A stretch of 64,000 nucleotides of DNA from an uncultured Gemmatimonadales bacterium (lineage in GTDB: Bacteria; Gemmatimonadota; Gemmatimonadetes; Longimicrobiales; Gaopeijiaceae): assembly GCA_963823035.1 (NCBI GenBank), contig CAWGKG010000010.1, positions 32,001-96,000 of the forward strand, in the 5' to 3' direction. This document shows, one piece after another, positions 41,768 to 53,815 of this stretch. The translations under genes were made by a program, and so were the position numbers. The notes beneath the pieces are model-generated. The model was not told where the DNA came from. It saw nothing but the letters and a program-made list of their open reading frames with translations, and did no database searches. The number at the start of each line of letters is the position of its first letter. Positions within the stretch are counted from its first letter, which is position 1.

Positions 41768-42082
41768 CAGGCCGACCCGGGCTCCGCGGCGAAGAGCCGC
41801 ATCAGCGCCGGGAAGCGGTCCATCACCTCGGCAAGGGACTCCTCCCCGACCGGGGTGAGACGGTAGTACCGGCGCGGCGGCCGCTGCTCGGCTCGCGCGC
41901 TCGCCTCGTTCTCCCACGCTCCGGTGAGCACGCCGCGGCGCTCGAGCCGCCGCAGGATCGGGATACACCGTCCCGTCCGGCAGTCCGGTCGCGTCCATGA
42001 CGTCGAAGCCGTAGCGGTGGCCGTGCTGGATGGCCAGCAGGACGGCGGCGGTCGGATAGGTCAGGCTGAACAGCTTGCCCAC
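41767..42082 (-). CDS. PadR-family regulator (frameshift near 41960)
   Basis: YGFDVM, GTVYP, LRRLE, RPPRRYYRLT; its stop codon overlaps the permease start. Confidence 0.85.
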
Positions 42083-42209
42083 GACGGCTCCCGGCTCGGT
42101 GCGTACACAGAATCCTAGGTAGGGTACGGAAATAAGACGCCGTCGGGCGCGAAAGCGTTGCAGGGGGTTTGGGCGGGTGGCGCGCGTCGCGGAGATCTCC
42201 CGACATCCG

Positions 42210-42231
42210 TCTACCCGTTTGGGCGGGTAGA
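42210..42231. promoter_or_regulatory. Putative ArsR operator
   Basis: TCTACCCG-N6-CGGGTAGA, 22 bp before the ArsR start. Confidence 0.6.
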
Positions 42232-42253
42232 TTTGGCCATCGGGAGGAATCGG

Positions 42254-42622
42254 ATGGAACGGATCGCGCGCCTCTACAAGGCGCTCTCGGAGCCTACCCG
42301 GCTGCGCATCCTCGCGCTGCTCCTGCACCATGGGGAGCTGTGCGTGTGCGACGTCGAGGCGGCGATCGGGGCGACGCAGTCGAAGACGTCCCGGCACCTG
42401 CGCTACCTGGCCGCCGCGGGACTCGTACAGGACCGCCGCGACGGGGTACGCGTCCTCTACCGCGTCGTGGACGCGCCGGATGCCGACGCGGCCCGGGTGC
42501 TGCAGGGCTTCGGGACCTTCGCCGCGGAGGTCGCCCGCCGTGACGAGGACGAGGCGAGGCTCGATCGGTGGCGGGTCGTGGCCGTCCTGGCGGACGCGAC
42601 CGAACCCGTCGCGCTGAGGTGA
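42254..42622 (+). CDS. ArsR/SmtB-family repressor
   Basis: KALSEPTRLRIL, ELCVCD, SRHLRYL. Confidence 0.92.
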   Translation: MERIARLYKALSEPTRLRILALLLHHGELCVCDVEAAIGATQSKTSRHLRYLAAAGLVQDRRDGVRVLYRVVDAPDADAARVLQGFGTFAAEVARRDEDEARLDRWRVVAVLADATEPVALR

Positions 42623-43596
42623 CCTCTCTGTTCCGCGTCTTCACGCTCGTCGCAGACGGCATCACGTACGGACTCCTGGGCCTCGACCCGGAGACACGCG
42701 CGGCCGCCGCGCTCCACTTCTTCGTCGAGGACGTGACGAAGATCTTCGCGCTGCTCGTGACCGTGATCTTCGTGATGGGCCTCTTCCGGTCGATGCTCTC
42801 GCCCGAGCGCGTACGCGCCTCCCTCGAGGGACGGTCGCGGTGGGCGGCGTACGGGATGGCCGTGGTGCTCGGCGGGGTGACGCCCTTCTGCTCGTGCTCC
42901 TCGGTCCCGCTCTTCATCGGATTCGTGGAGGCGGGGATCCCGGTGGGTGCCACCATGGCCTTCCTCATCGCCTCGCCCATGATCAACGAGGTGGCCGTGG
43001 TGCTGCTCCTGAGCCTCCTCGGGTGGAAGCTCACCGTGCTCTACGTGGCCACCGGACTGGTGGTCGGGGTCGCGGGGGGCGCGCTCATCGACGGTCTGCG
43101 CCTGGAGCGCTGGGTGGAGGACTATGTGTGGAAGATCCGCATGGGCGACGGGGGCGCGGCGGCGGTCGACCGTACCTCGATCCGTGCACGCGCGGATTTC
43201 GCCTGGGGAGAGGTACGCGACATCCTGGGCCGGATCTGGGCCTACGTCCTTATCGGGGTCGGGCTCGGGGCGGCGTTGCACGGCTTCGTTCCCGAGGATT
43301 TCTTCGCGCGCTGGGCGGGCGCCTCGAACCCGTTCGCCGTGCCCCTGGCGGTGCTTGCCGGGGTGCCGATGTACGCCAACGCGTCCGGGATCATCCCCGT
43401 CGCGGAGGCGCTGCTGGGCAAGGGCGTTCCCGTCGGTACCGTGCTCGCGCTCATGATGAGCGTGGTCGCGCTCTCGCTGCCCGAGATGATCATCCTGCGC
43501 AAGGTGCTGAAGGTCCGGATGCTCGGCTTCTTCGCAGCCTACCTGACCGTCGCCTTCGTGGCGGTCGGCTACCTCTTCAACGCCATCCGTCTCTAG
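42619..43596 (+). CDS. ArsP/DUF318-family permease
   Basis: TPFCSCSSVP, ASPMINE, GVPMY, LSLPE. Confidence 0.9.
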   Translation: MTSLFRVFTLVADGITYGLLGLDPETRAAAALHFFVEDVTKIFALLVTVIFVMGLFRSMLSPERVRASLEGRSRWAAYGMAVVLGGVTPFCSCSSVPLFIGFVEAGIPVGATMAFLIASPMINEVAVVLLLSLLGWKLTVLYVATGLVVGVAGGALIDGLRLERWVEDYVWKIRMGDGGAAAVDRTSIRARADFAWGEVRDILGRIWAYVLIGVGLGAALHGFVPEDFFARWAGASNPFAVPLAVLAGVPMYANASGIIPVAEALLGKGVPVGTVLALMMSVVALSLPEMIILRKVLKVRMLGFFAAYLTVAFVAVGYLFNAIRL

Positions 43597-43633
43597 GGTG
43601 GGAATACCGGACGATGGCGACCGGGAAGGGACC

Positions 43634-43876
43634 ATGAAGGACATCAAGGTGCTGGGCGCGGGATGCAGGAGCTGCCGGCTCACGGCCGAGCTGCTCGAGC
43701 GCGAGGCGGCCTCCCACGGTGTCGCCATCCGTGTCGAGAAGGTCACCAACGTCGCCGACATCATGGAGTGGGGGGTGATGAGCACCCCGGGCGTGGTCGT
43801 GGACGGGCGTGTGGTGCACACGGGCGGGGTACCGCACGTCCGGGCCGTGCGCGAATGGTTGGGCATCGGCGCGTAG
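43634..43876 (+). CDS. Small thioredoxin-like protein (MTH895 type)
   Basis: IKVLGAGCRSC, GVMSTPG. Confidence 0.88.
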   Translation: MKDIKVLGAGCRSCRLTAELLEREAASHGVAIRVEKVTNVADIMEWGVMSTPGVVVDGRVVHTGGVPHVRAVREWLGIGA

Positions 43877-43928
43877 CGCTACCGCCCCCGCCCATTCCAC
43901 AGCGGGGCCATCGTTCCTAGTTTGGCGG

Positions 43929-45749
<1,821 letters not shown>

Positions 45750-45767
45750 GGGAGCCCGCCCCCCTGA

Positions 45768-46196
45768 TCAGTCGTAGTCGCGCCGCACCTCCTCCGTGGC
45801 GAGCAGCGCCTCGTTCCGCGCCAGCACGGGAAGGGACTCGAGCCTGCGGTGGACCTTCATGTACTTCTCGGGGATCGGGTGGGTACCGAGCACCACCGGC
45901 ACGCCGTACCGCTCCTGGATGAAGGACTGGAAGTACTCGAGGTACGGACACGGCGGATAACCCACGACCATCCCCGTGGCCAGGTGAATGGCCTCCGCGC
46001 CGTTCCGGATCATCTCCTCGGGCACGTACTCGACGTTGCCGCCCGGGCACCCCGCGCAGGTGGCGTACCCGACCACGTCGAGACGCTCGTCCGCGGAGTA
46101 CCTGCTGAACCCGCCCGCCCGCTCCCGGACCGCCCGGAAGCACTTCCCACCACCGCACGTGCGGTAGCGGTCGCAGATGATGATGCCGATACGCAT
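45768..46196 (-). CDS. CGGC-domain protein
   Basis: IIICD...CGGGKCF...TCAGCPG...CP...GTH. Confidence 0.87.
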   Translation of the reverse strand: MRIGIIICDRYRTCGGGKCFRAVRERAGGFSRYSADERLDVVGYATCAGCPGGNVEYVPEEMIRNGAEAIHLATGMVVGYPPCPYLEYFQSFIQERYGVPVVLGTHPIPEKYMKVHRRLESLPVLARNEALLATEEVRRDYD

Positions 46197-46211
46197 GACG
46201 CCCTCCCGCGG

Positions 46212-46595
46212 CTAGTGCCACATACCGTGTCCAGGACCCGCCCCACCGCGGCAGGCCTCCTTCGGCTCGATCTCCTTCAGTCCGCCCGAGCGCACCTGCG
46301 CGAGGACGTGGCCCAGCGTGGAGGCCGAGGTCAGGTAGGTGGGGATGCCGGCCGCCGCCAGGCGGCCGAGCGCCGACCCGCCGATGCCGGCCACGACCAC
46401 CGCGTCGGGCCGGAGCGCCGAGAGCTGGCCGATCGGGTCGCAGTGTCCGTGCTCGTGGTCGACGTGGCGGTTGGCCACCGCCTCGACCTCGCCGGTGGTC
46501 GAGTCGATCACGCTGAAGAAGGGGGCCTTGCCGAAGTGCCGCGAGACGGCCGCGTCGGGCCCCTCATTCGTTTCCGTCGGTACGCAGATGCGCAT
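46212..46595 (-). CDS. NifB/NifX-family metal-cluster-binding protein
   Basis: HFGKAPFF, HEHGHC, GIGGSA, C-terminal Cys/His. Confidence 0.85.
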   Translation of the reverse strand: MRICVPTETNEGPDAAVSRHFGKAPFFSVIDSTTGEVEAVANRHVDHEHGHCDPIGQLSALRPDAVVVAGIGGSALGRLAAAGIPTYLTSASTLGHVLAQVRSGGLKEIEPKEACRGGAGPGHGMWH

Positions 46596-46878
46596 CTTCC
46601 TCACCCTTGCGGATGACCAGAGCCCGGCCGTCGACCAGGCAGCCGACGACCGTCGCGCGGGCGCGCTTCACCAGCCGCTGCACCGTGCCGCGTGACACCC
46701 CCATCCGCCTTCCCGCCGCCTCCTGATCCAAACCCTCGAGGTCGCAGAGCCGGAGCGCCTCGAGCTCACTCAGCCCCAGCTCCGCCGTCTCCAGCTCGGT
46801 CATGGGGATGCTGCGTGGCTTGAAGACGGGGTCTCCGCTGAATCGGCGGCAGGCGCGGCGCTTCTTCGGACGGGGCAA
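46564..46878 (-). CDS. DUF134 HTH protein
   Basis: PRPKKRR, FKP, EALRLCDLEGLDQEAAGRRMGVSRGT; TTG start. Confidence 0.88.
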   Translation of the reverse strand: MPRPKKRRACRRFSGDPVFKPRSIPMTELETAELGLSELEALRLCDLEGLDQEAAGRRMGVSRGTVQRLVKRARATVVGCLVDGRALVIRKGEEDAHLRTDGNE

Positions 46879-47020
46879 AGAGGCTCCAGTTATGGGTATA
46901 TGCACAAAATAGCCGATCGTCCCGGCCGCCTCAAGGCGGGTCGCCGCGCTGGAGCCTCCCCACTTCGCGCGGATCACTTAACTTTGAAGAGGAAGTCTTC
47001 TCCTGGAGGTAGCCGGAGCA

Positions 47021-48391
47021 GTGGACGAGACGCGTTTCTTCGAGGCGGTCCTTCGCTGCGTCGCCGACGGTGTGTTCACCGTGGATCGCGACTGGCGGAT
47101 CTCGTCGTTCAACCGCGCCGCCGAGCGTATCACGGGCATCACGGCGGAGCGGGCGATCGGCAAGCGCTGTTCGGAGGTGTTCCACTCCGACCTGTGCGAG
47201 CACGCCTGCCCGATCGGGGAGACGCTGGAGACGGGCCAGGAGGTGATCGACCGTTCGGCCCGGATCCTGACACACCGGGGGCGATGCGTCCCGATCTCGG
47301 TGAGCGCGGCAGCGCTGCGCGCCGACGATGGCACGCTCCTCGGCGCCGTCGAGACCTTCCGCGACCTCTCCATCCTCGAAGAGCTCCGGCGCGAGGTCCT
47401 CAGCCGGTACACCTTCGAGGACATCATCGGGAAGAGCGAGGCCTTCCAGAAGATCTTCGCGATCCTCCCCGACATCGCCTCCAGCGGCAGCACCGTGCTG
47501 CTCGAGGGACCGAGCGGGTCCGGGAAGGAGCTGCTGGCCCGCGCGATCCACAACCTGAGCCAGCGGAGCAAGCGCCCCTACGAGGTGGTGAACTGCGGTA
47601 CGCTCCCGCCGAACCTCTTCGAGTCGGAGCTCTTCGGCTACAAGCGGGGGGCCTTCACGGACGCACGGAAGGACAAGCCTGGACGCATCACGGCGGCGGA
47701 GGGCGGCACGATCTTCTTCGACGAGATCGGCGACCTCCCCCTCGAGACGCAGGTGAAGCTGCTCCGGTTGCTCCAGGAGCGCGAGTACCACCCGCTGGGG
47801 TCGGTGGACAGCCGTCGCGCCGACGTGCGCATCGTGGCCGCGACCAACCGCGACCTCGCCACGCTCGTGAGCCAGGGGCGCTTTCGCGACGACCTCTACT
47901 TCCGCTTGGCCGTGGTGCGGCTCGTGATCCCCCCGCTCGCCGAGCGCAGGGAGGACATCCCCTATCTGGTCGAGCACTTCATACGCCGCTTCAACGCCAA
48001 GAAGGACCGGAGGATCCAGGGCGTGACGCCCGAGGTCATGGAGATCCTCATGCGGCACCACTTCCCGGGCAACGTCCGCGAGCTCGAGAACATCATCGAG
48101 TACGGGTTCGTCCTCTGCCACAACGGCCTGATGGAGGTACGCCACCTTCCCGACGACGTCAGGGCGGGATGGAAGCCGACGCCGGCGGCCACGCCGCCGC
48201 TCAACGGGTCCCCCCTGGATCGCGGTGAGTCCGAGGTGATCCGCAGCGCCCTGCGCCGCCACGGCGGGCGGCGGGACGCGGCCGCGCGTGAGTTGCGTAT
48301 CAGCCGCACCACGCTCTGGCGCAAGATGAAGAAGCACGGCATCGCCGACGCCGAGCCCTCCCCGCACCGTTCCGGCGTTTCATCCACGTAA
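47021..48391 (+). CDS. PAS-domain sigma-54 activator
   Basis: Cys-rich [35 protein letters not shown]. Confidence 0.95.
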   Translation: MDETRFFEAVLRCVADGVFTVDRDWRISSFNRAAERITGITAERAIGKRCSEVFHSDLCEHACPIGETLETGQEVIDRSARILTHRGRCVPISVSAAALRADDGTLLGAVETFRDLSILEELRREVLSRYTFEDIIGKSEAFQKIFAILPDIASSGSTVLLEGPSGSGKELLARAIHNLSQRSKRPYEVVNCGTLPPNLFESELFGYKRGAFTDARKDKPGRITAAEGGTIFFDEIGDLPLETQVKLLRLLQEREYHPLGSVDSRRADVRIVAATNRDLATLVSQGRFRDDLYFRLAVVRLVIPPLAERREDIPYLVEHFIRRFNAKKDRRIQGVTPEVMEILMRHHFPGNVRELENIIEYGFVLCHNGLMEVRHLPDDVRAGWKPTPAATPPLNGSPLDRGESEVIRSALRRHGGRRDAAARELRISRTTLWRKMKKHGIADAEPSPHRSGVSST

Positions 48392-48524
48392 CGCCTGCAA
48401 CGTCCGGTCCGTTTCAGGATCGGAATACCCCCCTCATCCGAACGCTGCGCCGCGCCCTTCCTCGATCGGCGTAAAGCGTTGTGACCCCGCGACTTGTCGC
48501 GTCCTGCGCCCGGTGGTGCCGCCG

Positions 48525-48539
48525 CGGTGTGGGTCTTGC
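48525..48539 (+). promoter_or_regulatory. Candidate sigma-54 promoter of the redox operon
   Basis: CGGTGTGGGTCTTGC (GG-N10-GC, TTGC). IHF-like TAAagcgTTG near 48472 and CGTT-N10-AACG at 48376-48393. Confidence 0.5.
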
Positions 48540-48568
48540 TCCTGAAACAGGGCAACCAGGAGGTGTGC

Positions 48569-48937
48569 GTGAGGGTCGCGGTTCCGCGAATGGGTGAGAC
48601 GGTAGCGCCGTGCTTCGAGTACTGCGCGACCATGGCCGTGTTCACCATCGAGGGCGACCGCGTCGTCGACCAGGTCGACTTCCCCCTGCGCAGCCGCGAG
48701 CCGTACGACCGCGTCCGCCTCCTCCGGAACCAGAGGGTCGACACCGTGATCTGCGGCGGGATGCAGGAGTTCTACGAGGGCGTCCTGAAAGCCAGCGGAT
48801 TCGAGGTCATCTCCTGGGTCTCCGGATGGGTCGAAGACCTCCTGGACATGTACCTGCGAGGTCGCCTCGTCCCGGGAACCGAGCTTCCCGAGCGCGGCGG
48901 GGCGATGAGCCCCGCCGGCGGCCGTTTCATGGAGTGA
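48569..48937 (+). CDS. NifB/NifX-family protein
   Basis: RVAVP...VAPCFE...VDTVICGG; GTG start after GGAGG. Confidence 0.78.
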   Translation: MRVAVPRMGETVAPCFEYCATMAVFTIEGDRVVDQVDFPLRSREPYDRVRLLRNQRVDTVICGGMQEFYEGVLKASGFEVISWVSGWVEDLLDMYLRGRLVPGTELPERGGAMSPAGGRFME

Positions 48938-48943
48938 CAACCG

Positions 48944-50314
48944 GTGGCCACACCGAGCCGATACAGCTATCACGTCGAGGCGGGGGCGCTCGAGCGGAGC
49001 GACCGACCGAGGAAGTTTCTCGAGGCCTTCGCGGCGATCCTCGAGCACGGGAGCTACGCCGTCGCTCTCGACACCTATGCGCGCACCAGCGCCAAGTGCG
49101 GACGGTGCGCCTCGGACTGCCAGCTCTACGAGGCGACGGGCGCGCCCGAGGACATCCCCTGTCACCGCTCCGAGCTGCTCCTGCGCGTCTATCGCCGCTA
49201 CTTCATGCCCTCCGGCGTCCTCAAGGCCAGGCTGTTCGGGGGCTTCGAGCTCACCGACGCCTACCTCGACGAGATGGCGGAGGCCTACTACCGCTGCACG
49301 GCGTGCCGGCGCTGCAAGGCCTCCTGCCCGATGGGGCTCGACCACGGCCTGGTCACGCACCTGGCCCGGTGGGCGCTCGCGGAGGTGGGCATCATTCCAC
49401 GCGCGCTCCTCGTCTCCGTGCGCGAGCAGCTCGAGGGAAAGTCGGGCAACACCTCGGCGATCCCCCTGCCCGCGCTCAAGGACACGTGCGAGTTCCTCAC
49501 GGAGGAGCTGCACGACCTCTACGACGTCGACATCGAATACCCGTTCGACGTGGAGGGCGCCGAGTACGTGTTCTTCCCGGCCGTGTCGGACTTCATCATG
49601 GAGGCCGACACCCTGATGGGGAACGCGGCCGTGATGCACGTCACCGGGGGCTCGTGGACGATCGGCACCGGCAACTACGACGGCATCAACTACGGGCTGT
49701 TCTACAGCGACCGGGTGATGGAGCGCGTGGTGAAGCGCATCGTGGCGGAGGTGCACCGCCTCGGCGGGCGGAAGATCCTGGTGGGAGAGTGCGGCCACGC
49801 CACGCGGTCCGCGTGGTTCGCACCTACGATGTCGCGGGCCGGACGCGCCCGAGGTGGTGCACTGCATCGAGTACGCCTACGACATGCTCGAAGCGGGGAG
49901 GATCCCCCTGAAGGCGGAGCGTATCCCCGAGCGCGTCACCTACCACGACCCGTGCAACATCGCCCGCGTCGGGCGCATCACCGAGCAGCCGCGCGAGATC
50001 CTGAAGGCGATCTGCTCCGACTACGTGGAGATGACGCCGAACCGCACGCGGAACTACTGCTGCGGCGGGGGCGGGGGGCATGGTGTCGATCGACGAGATC
50101 CGCGCCTTCCGCACGGGGCCGATGGGACAGCGCAAAGCCGAGCAGATCCGCGCCACCGGAGCGCAGATCGTCGTGTCGCCGTGCGCCAACTGCAAGAAAC
50201 AGCTCCGTGAGCTGTGCCAGGACAACGACCTCGGGGATGTCGAGGTCGTAGGCGTCCACGATCTGCTTCTTCGCGCCATCGACTTCTCGGCCACGCGCGC
50301 CGAAGGGGGGCTGA
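48944..50314 (+). CDS. HdrD/DsrK-related Fe-S protein (HmcF/TmcB-like; frameshifts near 49840 and 50075)
   Basis: CGRCASDC, CTACRRCKASCP, ECGH, YHDPC, NYCCGGGG, CANC. Confidence 0.85.
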
Positions 50315-50316
50315 CG

Positions 50317-51018
50317 ATGGAAGGCTGGCTCCATTTCGCGCGCGGGCCGCTCTTCCAGGCCGCCCTCGCGTTCATGATCCTCGGTCTGGCGCGCCAGCTC
50401 GCCCTGACGCTGTGGAGCGCACGGCGCACCTGGCGCAGGGCGGGGGACCGGACGCTCCCGACCGGACAGGTGGCCCGCGCCACCCTGCGCTGGCTGGTGC
50501 CGTTCGGCCATCTGCGTGAGCGCTGGCCGTACGGCGTGACCACGCTCGTCTTCCACGCGGGCGTGCTCCTCGTGCCGCTCTTCCTGGCCGGGCACATCGC
50601 GCTGTGGCAGCGGGGCGTCGGGCTCTCCTGGCCGGCGCTGCCCAACGCGGTCGCCACGGGCCTGACGATCGCGGTGGTCGTCACCGCGGTCGCCGTGATG
50701 GCACTGCGCGCCGGGTCGCGGGCGACGCGGCCGCTCGGCCGCTTCCAGGACTACGCGCTCCCGGTGCTGGTGGGCGGTGCGTTCGTTTCCGGCTTCTGGG
50801 TGATGCACCCGGCGTGGAACCCCCTCCCGGCCGATCCCACGCTCCTCGCGCACGTCCTCGCGGCCGACCTCCTCCTCGCGCTGGTCCCGCTCACCAAGCT
50901 GAGCCACATGATCCTCCTGCCCCTGACCCAGCTGGTCTCCGAGTTGGCCTGGCACTTCCCGCCGGACGCGGGTAGCCGGGTCGCCGCGACGCTGGGGAAG
51001 GAGAACGAGCCGATATGA
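50317..51018 (+). CDS. NarI-type membrane cytochrome b (HmcE/TmcC-like)
   Basis: FARGPLF, FHAG, AGH, AH, TKLSH; about five TM helices. Confidence 0.78.
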   Translation: MEGWLHFARGPLFQAALAFMILGLARQLALTLWSARRTWRRAGDRTLPTGQVARATLRWLVPFGHLRERWPYGVTTLVFHAGVLLVPLFLAGHIALWQRGVGLSWPALPNAVATGLTIAVVVTAVAVMALRAGSRATRPLGRFQDYALPVLVGGAFVSGFWVMHPAWNPLPADPTLLAHVLAADLLLALVPLTKLSHMILLPLTQLVSELAWHFPPDAGSRVAATLGKENEPI

Positions 51019-51797
51019 TCCACGCACCCGCGATCCTCGTCGACAGCACACGCTGCACCGGCTGCGAGGAATGCGTCCTGGCCTGCAAGGACGAGAAGGG
51101 GCTGGGCGCGGACCGGCTTCGCGCCGGCCAGGAGACCGTGGACGGGCTCTCCTCCACGCGCTTCACCACGGTCCTGCGGCGCCCGGAGGAGCGCTTCGTC
51201 AAGCAGCAGTGCCGTCACTGCCTGGAGCCCGCATGCGTGAGCGCCTGCCTGGTGGGCGCGATGCAGAAGACGCCGGAGGGCCCGGTGATCTACGACTCCG
51301 AGCTGTGCATGGGCTGCCGCTACTGCCTCGTCGCCTGCCCGTACGGCGTTCCGCGCTACGAGTGGGAGGAGGCGGTTCCCTACGTACGCAAGTGCGACCT
51401 CTGCTACCCACGCCTGCAGGAGGGGAAGGAGCCGGCGTGCGTCGAGGCGTGCCCGCAGGAGGCGCTCCTCTTCGGCAGTCGGGACGACCTGCTCCGCGAG
51501 GCGCACCGGCGCATCGCGGCCGAGCCGGGCCGCTACGTCGACCACGTGTGGGGCGAGAAGGAGGTGGGGGGCACGTCGGTGCTCTACCTGGCGGACATGT
51601 CGCTCGGCTTCCTGGGCTGGAGCAGCGAGCTCGCCGACACGCCGCTCCCCATGCTGAGCTGGGCGTCGCTCGAGAAGGTGCCGCCCGTGGTGGTCGGAAT
51701 GGCGTCCCTCATGGGCGGGGTCCACTGGGTCATCCGGCGACGCATGAGGCTCGCCGCGCGGGCCGCCGACGAGGCCTCGGGAGGCGAAGATGACTGA
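51015..51797 (+). CDS. Four-cluster Fe-S subunit (HmcB/HybA-like) with a C-terminal anchor
   Basis: CTGCEECVLAC, CRHCLEPACVSAC, CMGCRYCLVACP, KCDLC...ACVEACP, EVGGTS. Confidence 0.92.
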   Translation: MIHAPAILVDSTRCTGCEECVLACKDEKGLGADRLRAGQETVDGLSSTRFTTVLRRPEERFVKQQCRHCLEPACVSACLVGAMQKTPEGPVIYDSELCMGCRYCLVACPYGVPRYEWEEAVPYVRKCDLCYPRLQEGKEPACVEACPQEALLFGSRDDLLREAHRRIAAEPGRYVDHVWGEKEVGGTSVLYLADMSLGFLGWSSELADTPLPMLSWASLEKVPPVVVGMASLMGGVHWVIRRRMRLAARAADEASGGEDD

Positions 51798-53815
51798 CCG
51801 GCTCACCGCGCTGAAGACCGTCCTGTGGACGCTGGTCGGCGTCCTGGCCGCGGTCACCGTCGTGCGCTTCACGCACGGGCTGGGTGCCGTGACGAACCTC
51901 TCGGACGCGGCGCCCTGGGGGCTGTGGATCGGCTTCGACGTCATGTCCGGCGTGGCCCTCGCGGCGGGCGGCTTCGTGCTGGCCGCGACCGTGTACATCT
52001 TCGGGCTGGAGCGCTACCGGCCCTTCGTGCGGCCGGCCGTGCTCACGGCCATGCTCGGCTACGCGGCGGTGGCGGTCGGGCTGCTGTACGACCTCGGCCT
52101 GCCGTGGCGGATCTGGCATCCGCTCCTGCACTGGCAGCACCACTCGGTGCTCTTCGAGGTCGCCATGTGCGTGATGCTCTACCTGACGGTGCTGGTGCTG
52201 GAGTTCGCGCCCACCGTGCTCGAGCATCCGCTCTTCTCGGGGCGGGTCTTCCGCGCGCTCCTTTCCGGGCTGAAGAAGGCGACGATCCCGCTCGTCATCA
52301 CGGGGATCGTGCTGTCCACGCTGCACCAGTCGTCGCTGGGCTCGCTCTTCCTGATCACGCCCTACCGGCTGCACCCGCTCTGGTACTCGCCGATCATCTA
52401 CGTGCTCTTCTTCACCTCTGCGGTGGGGCTGGGTCTGATGATGGTGGTGCTCGAGTCGCTGCTGTCGTCGTGGTTCCTGGGCCACCGCGCGCACCAGCGA
52501 GAGCTCGGCGGCCTGGGGGTGGCGGCTTCGGTGGTGCTCTGGGTCTACGTGGCGCTACGCGTCGGCGACCTGGCGCTGCGCGGCGTTCTTCCCTCGGCGC
52601 TCGACGGGTCGCGACAGGCCAACCTCTTCCTCTTCGAGATCGTCGTCAGCGCGGTGCTCCCGGCGACCCTCCTGCTCTTCCGGCGCGTGCGTGCGACCCG
52701 CGCCCTCGTCGGGGTGTGCGCCGCGGCGACCGTGGGCGGGATGGTGCTCTACAGGCTGGACGTGTCGATCCTGTCGTTCGCTCGGCCGGAGGGCTTCGGC
52801 TACTTCCCGAGCTGGGAGGAGTTCGCGGTCAGCCTGGGCATCGTCTCCGCCTTCGCGCTGATCTTCATCTTCTTCGTGGAGCGCCTGCGTGTGTACGACG
52901 ACGTGGGCGCGGGCGCCCCGGCTGTCGTGCGCGCGGCCCAGCCACGACCCCGCGACGCTCCACGGCCTGACGTCCGCGGCGGTCGCGGCGCCGAGACGCT
53001 ACTCGATGGCGACGCTGGTCGGTGCCGTGGTGGCGCTGGCCTTTCTCCCGGTGAAGGGCGTGGAGCCCGTGCGGACGCCTGTCGCGGCCGCCCGCGTGGT
53101 GGACGGCACCGCGCGCGAACGGGGCGCCGGTGTGGAGCGTGAGCTTGCCTTCGGCGTGGGCGACGTCGCGCCGGCGGTCGCGAACGGGAACGGCGGTGGG
53201 GATGCGTCCGCGGCCGAGCCCACCCGGCTCCTGGTGATCGACGGAAACCGTGACGGCACGCTCGTCCTCTTCGACCACGACGCCCACGTCGCGCGTCTGG
53301 GCGCGGACACGTCGTGCGCCACGTGCCATCACCTGAGCCTCCCGCTGGAGCGCAACACCGGCTGCGCGAGCTGTCACCGTGACGCCTACGGGGTCACGGA
53401 CCTCTTCGACCACCCGGCCCACGAGGCGGCGCTGGGCGGCAGGGACGGCTGCGTCGAGTGCCACGCGGACGGGGCCGCCACGAAGACGCGGGCGACCTCG
53501 ACGGCGTGCATGGACTGCCACGCCGACGACGCGGTGGTGAGTCGCATCGTGGACCCGCCATGGCCGCGGTGGCGGCCCGCGGCGAGCTACGTGGACGCGA
53601 TGCACGGGCTGTGCGTGACCTGTCACCGGCTGGAGGTGAAGAGCGCTCCGGAGGTCCGGCCCAAGGGGCTGGAGGAGTGCCGTGCCTGCCACGACGCGGA
53701 TCGTGGGCGCCTCCTCGAGGGGCTCCGCCCGCAGCGGCGGTCGACGGACGAGGCCGCGGCGTCCGCCGGCGCCGGCCCGGTCGGTGGCTTCGTGCTGGGC
53801 GGGAGGCGACGATGA
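51790..53815 (+). CDS. NrfD/HybB/HmcC-like membrane subunit, probably fused to a six-haem class III cytochrome c (frameshift near 52930)
   Basis: PWGLWIGFD, DLGLPW, SVLFEV, LHQSSLG; the downstream frame has a TM helix and CATCH, CASCH, CVECH, CMDCH, CVTCH, CRACH. Confidence 0.8.

Noticed and set aside
46212..48937. Nitrogen fixation, suggested by two NifB/NifX-like genes and a sigma-54 activator
   Set aside because: No nifH, nifD, nifK, nifE or nifN in the window. This domain family is widespread in non-diazotrophs.
50080..51018. Fusion of the CCG protein C-terminus to the cytochrome b
   Set aside because: The join runs through a G6 tract. One fewer G gives a stop at 50312-50314 followed by ATG 50317, so a homopolymer error is more likely. 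A real fusion is not fully excluded.
51015..53142. Hydrogenase-2 (hybAB) or polysulfide reductase operon
   Set aside because: No NiFe or molybdopterin catalytic subunit nearby. The CCG and NarI-like partners point to the Hmc/Tmc type.
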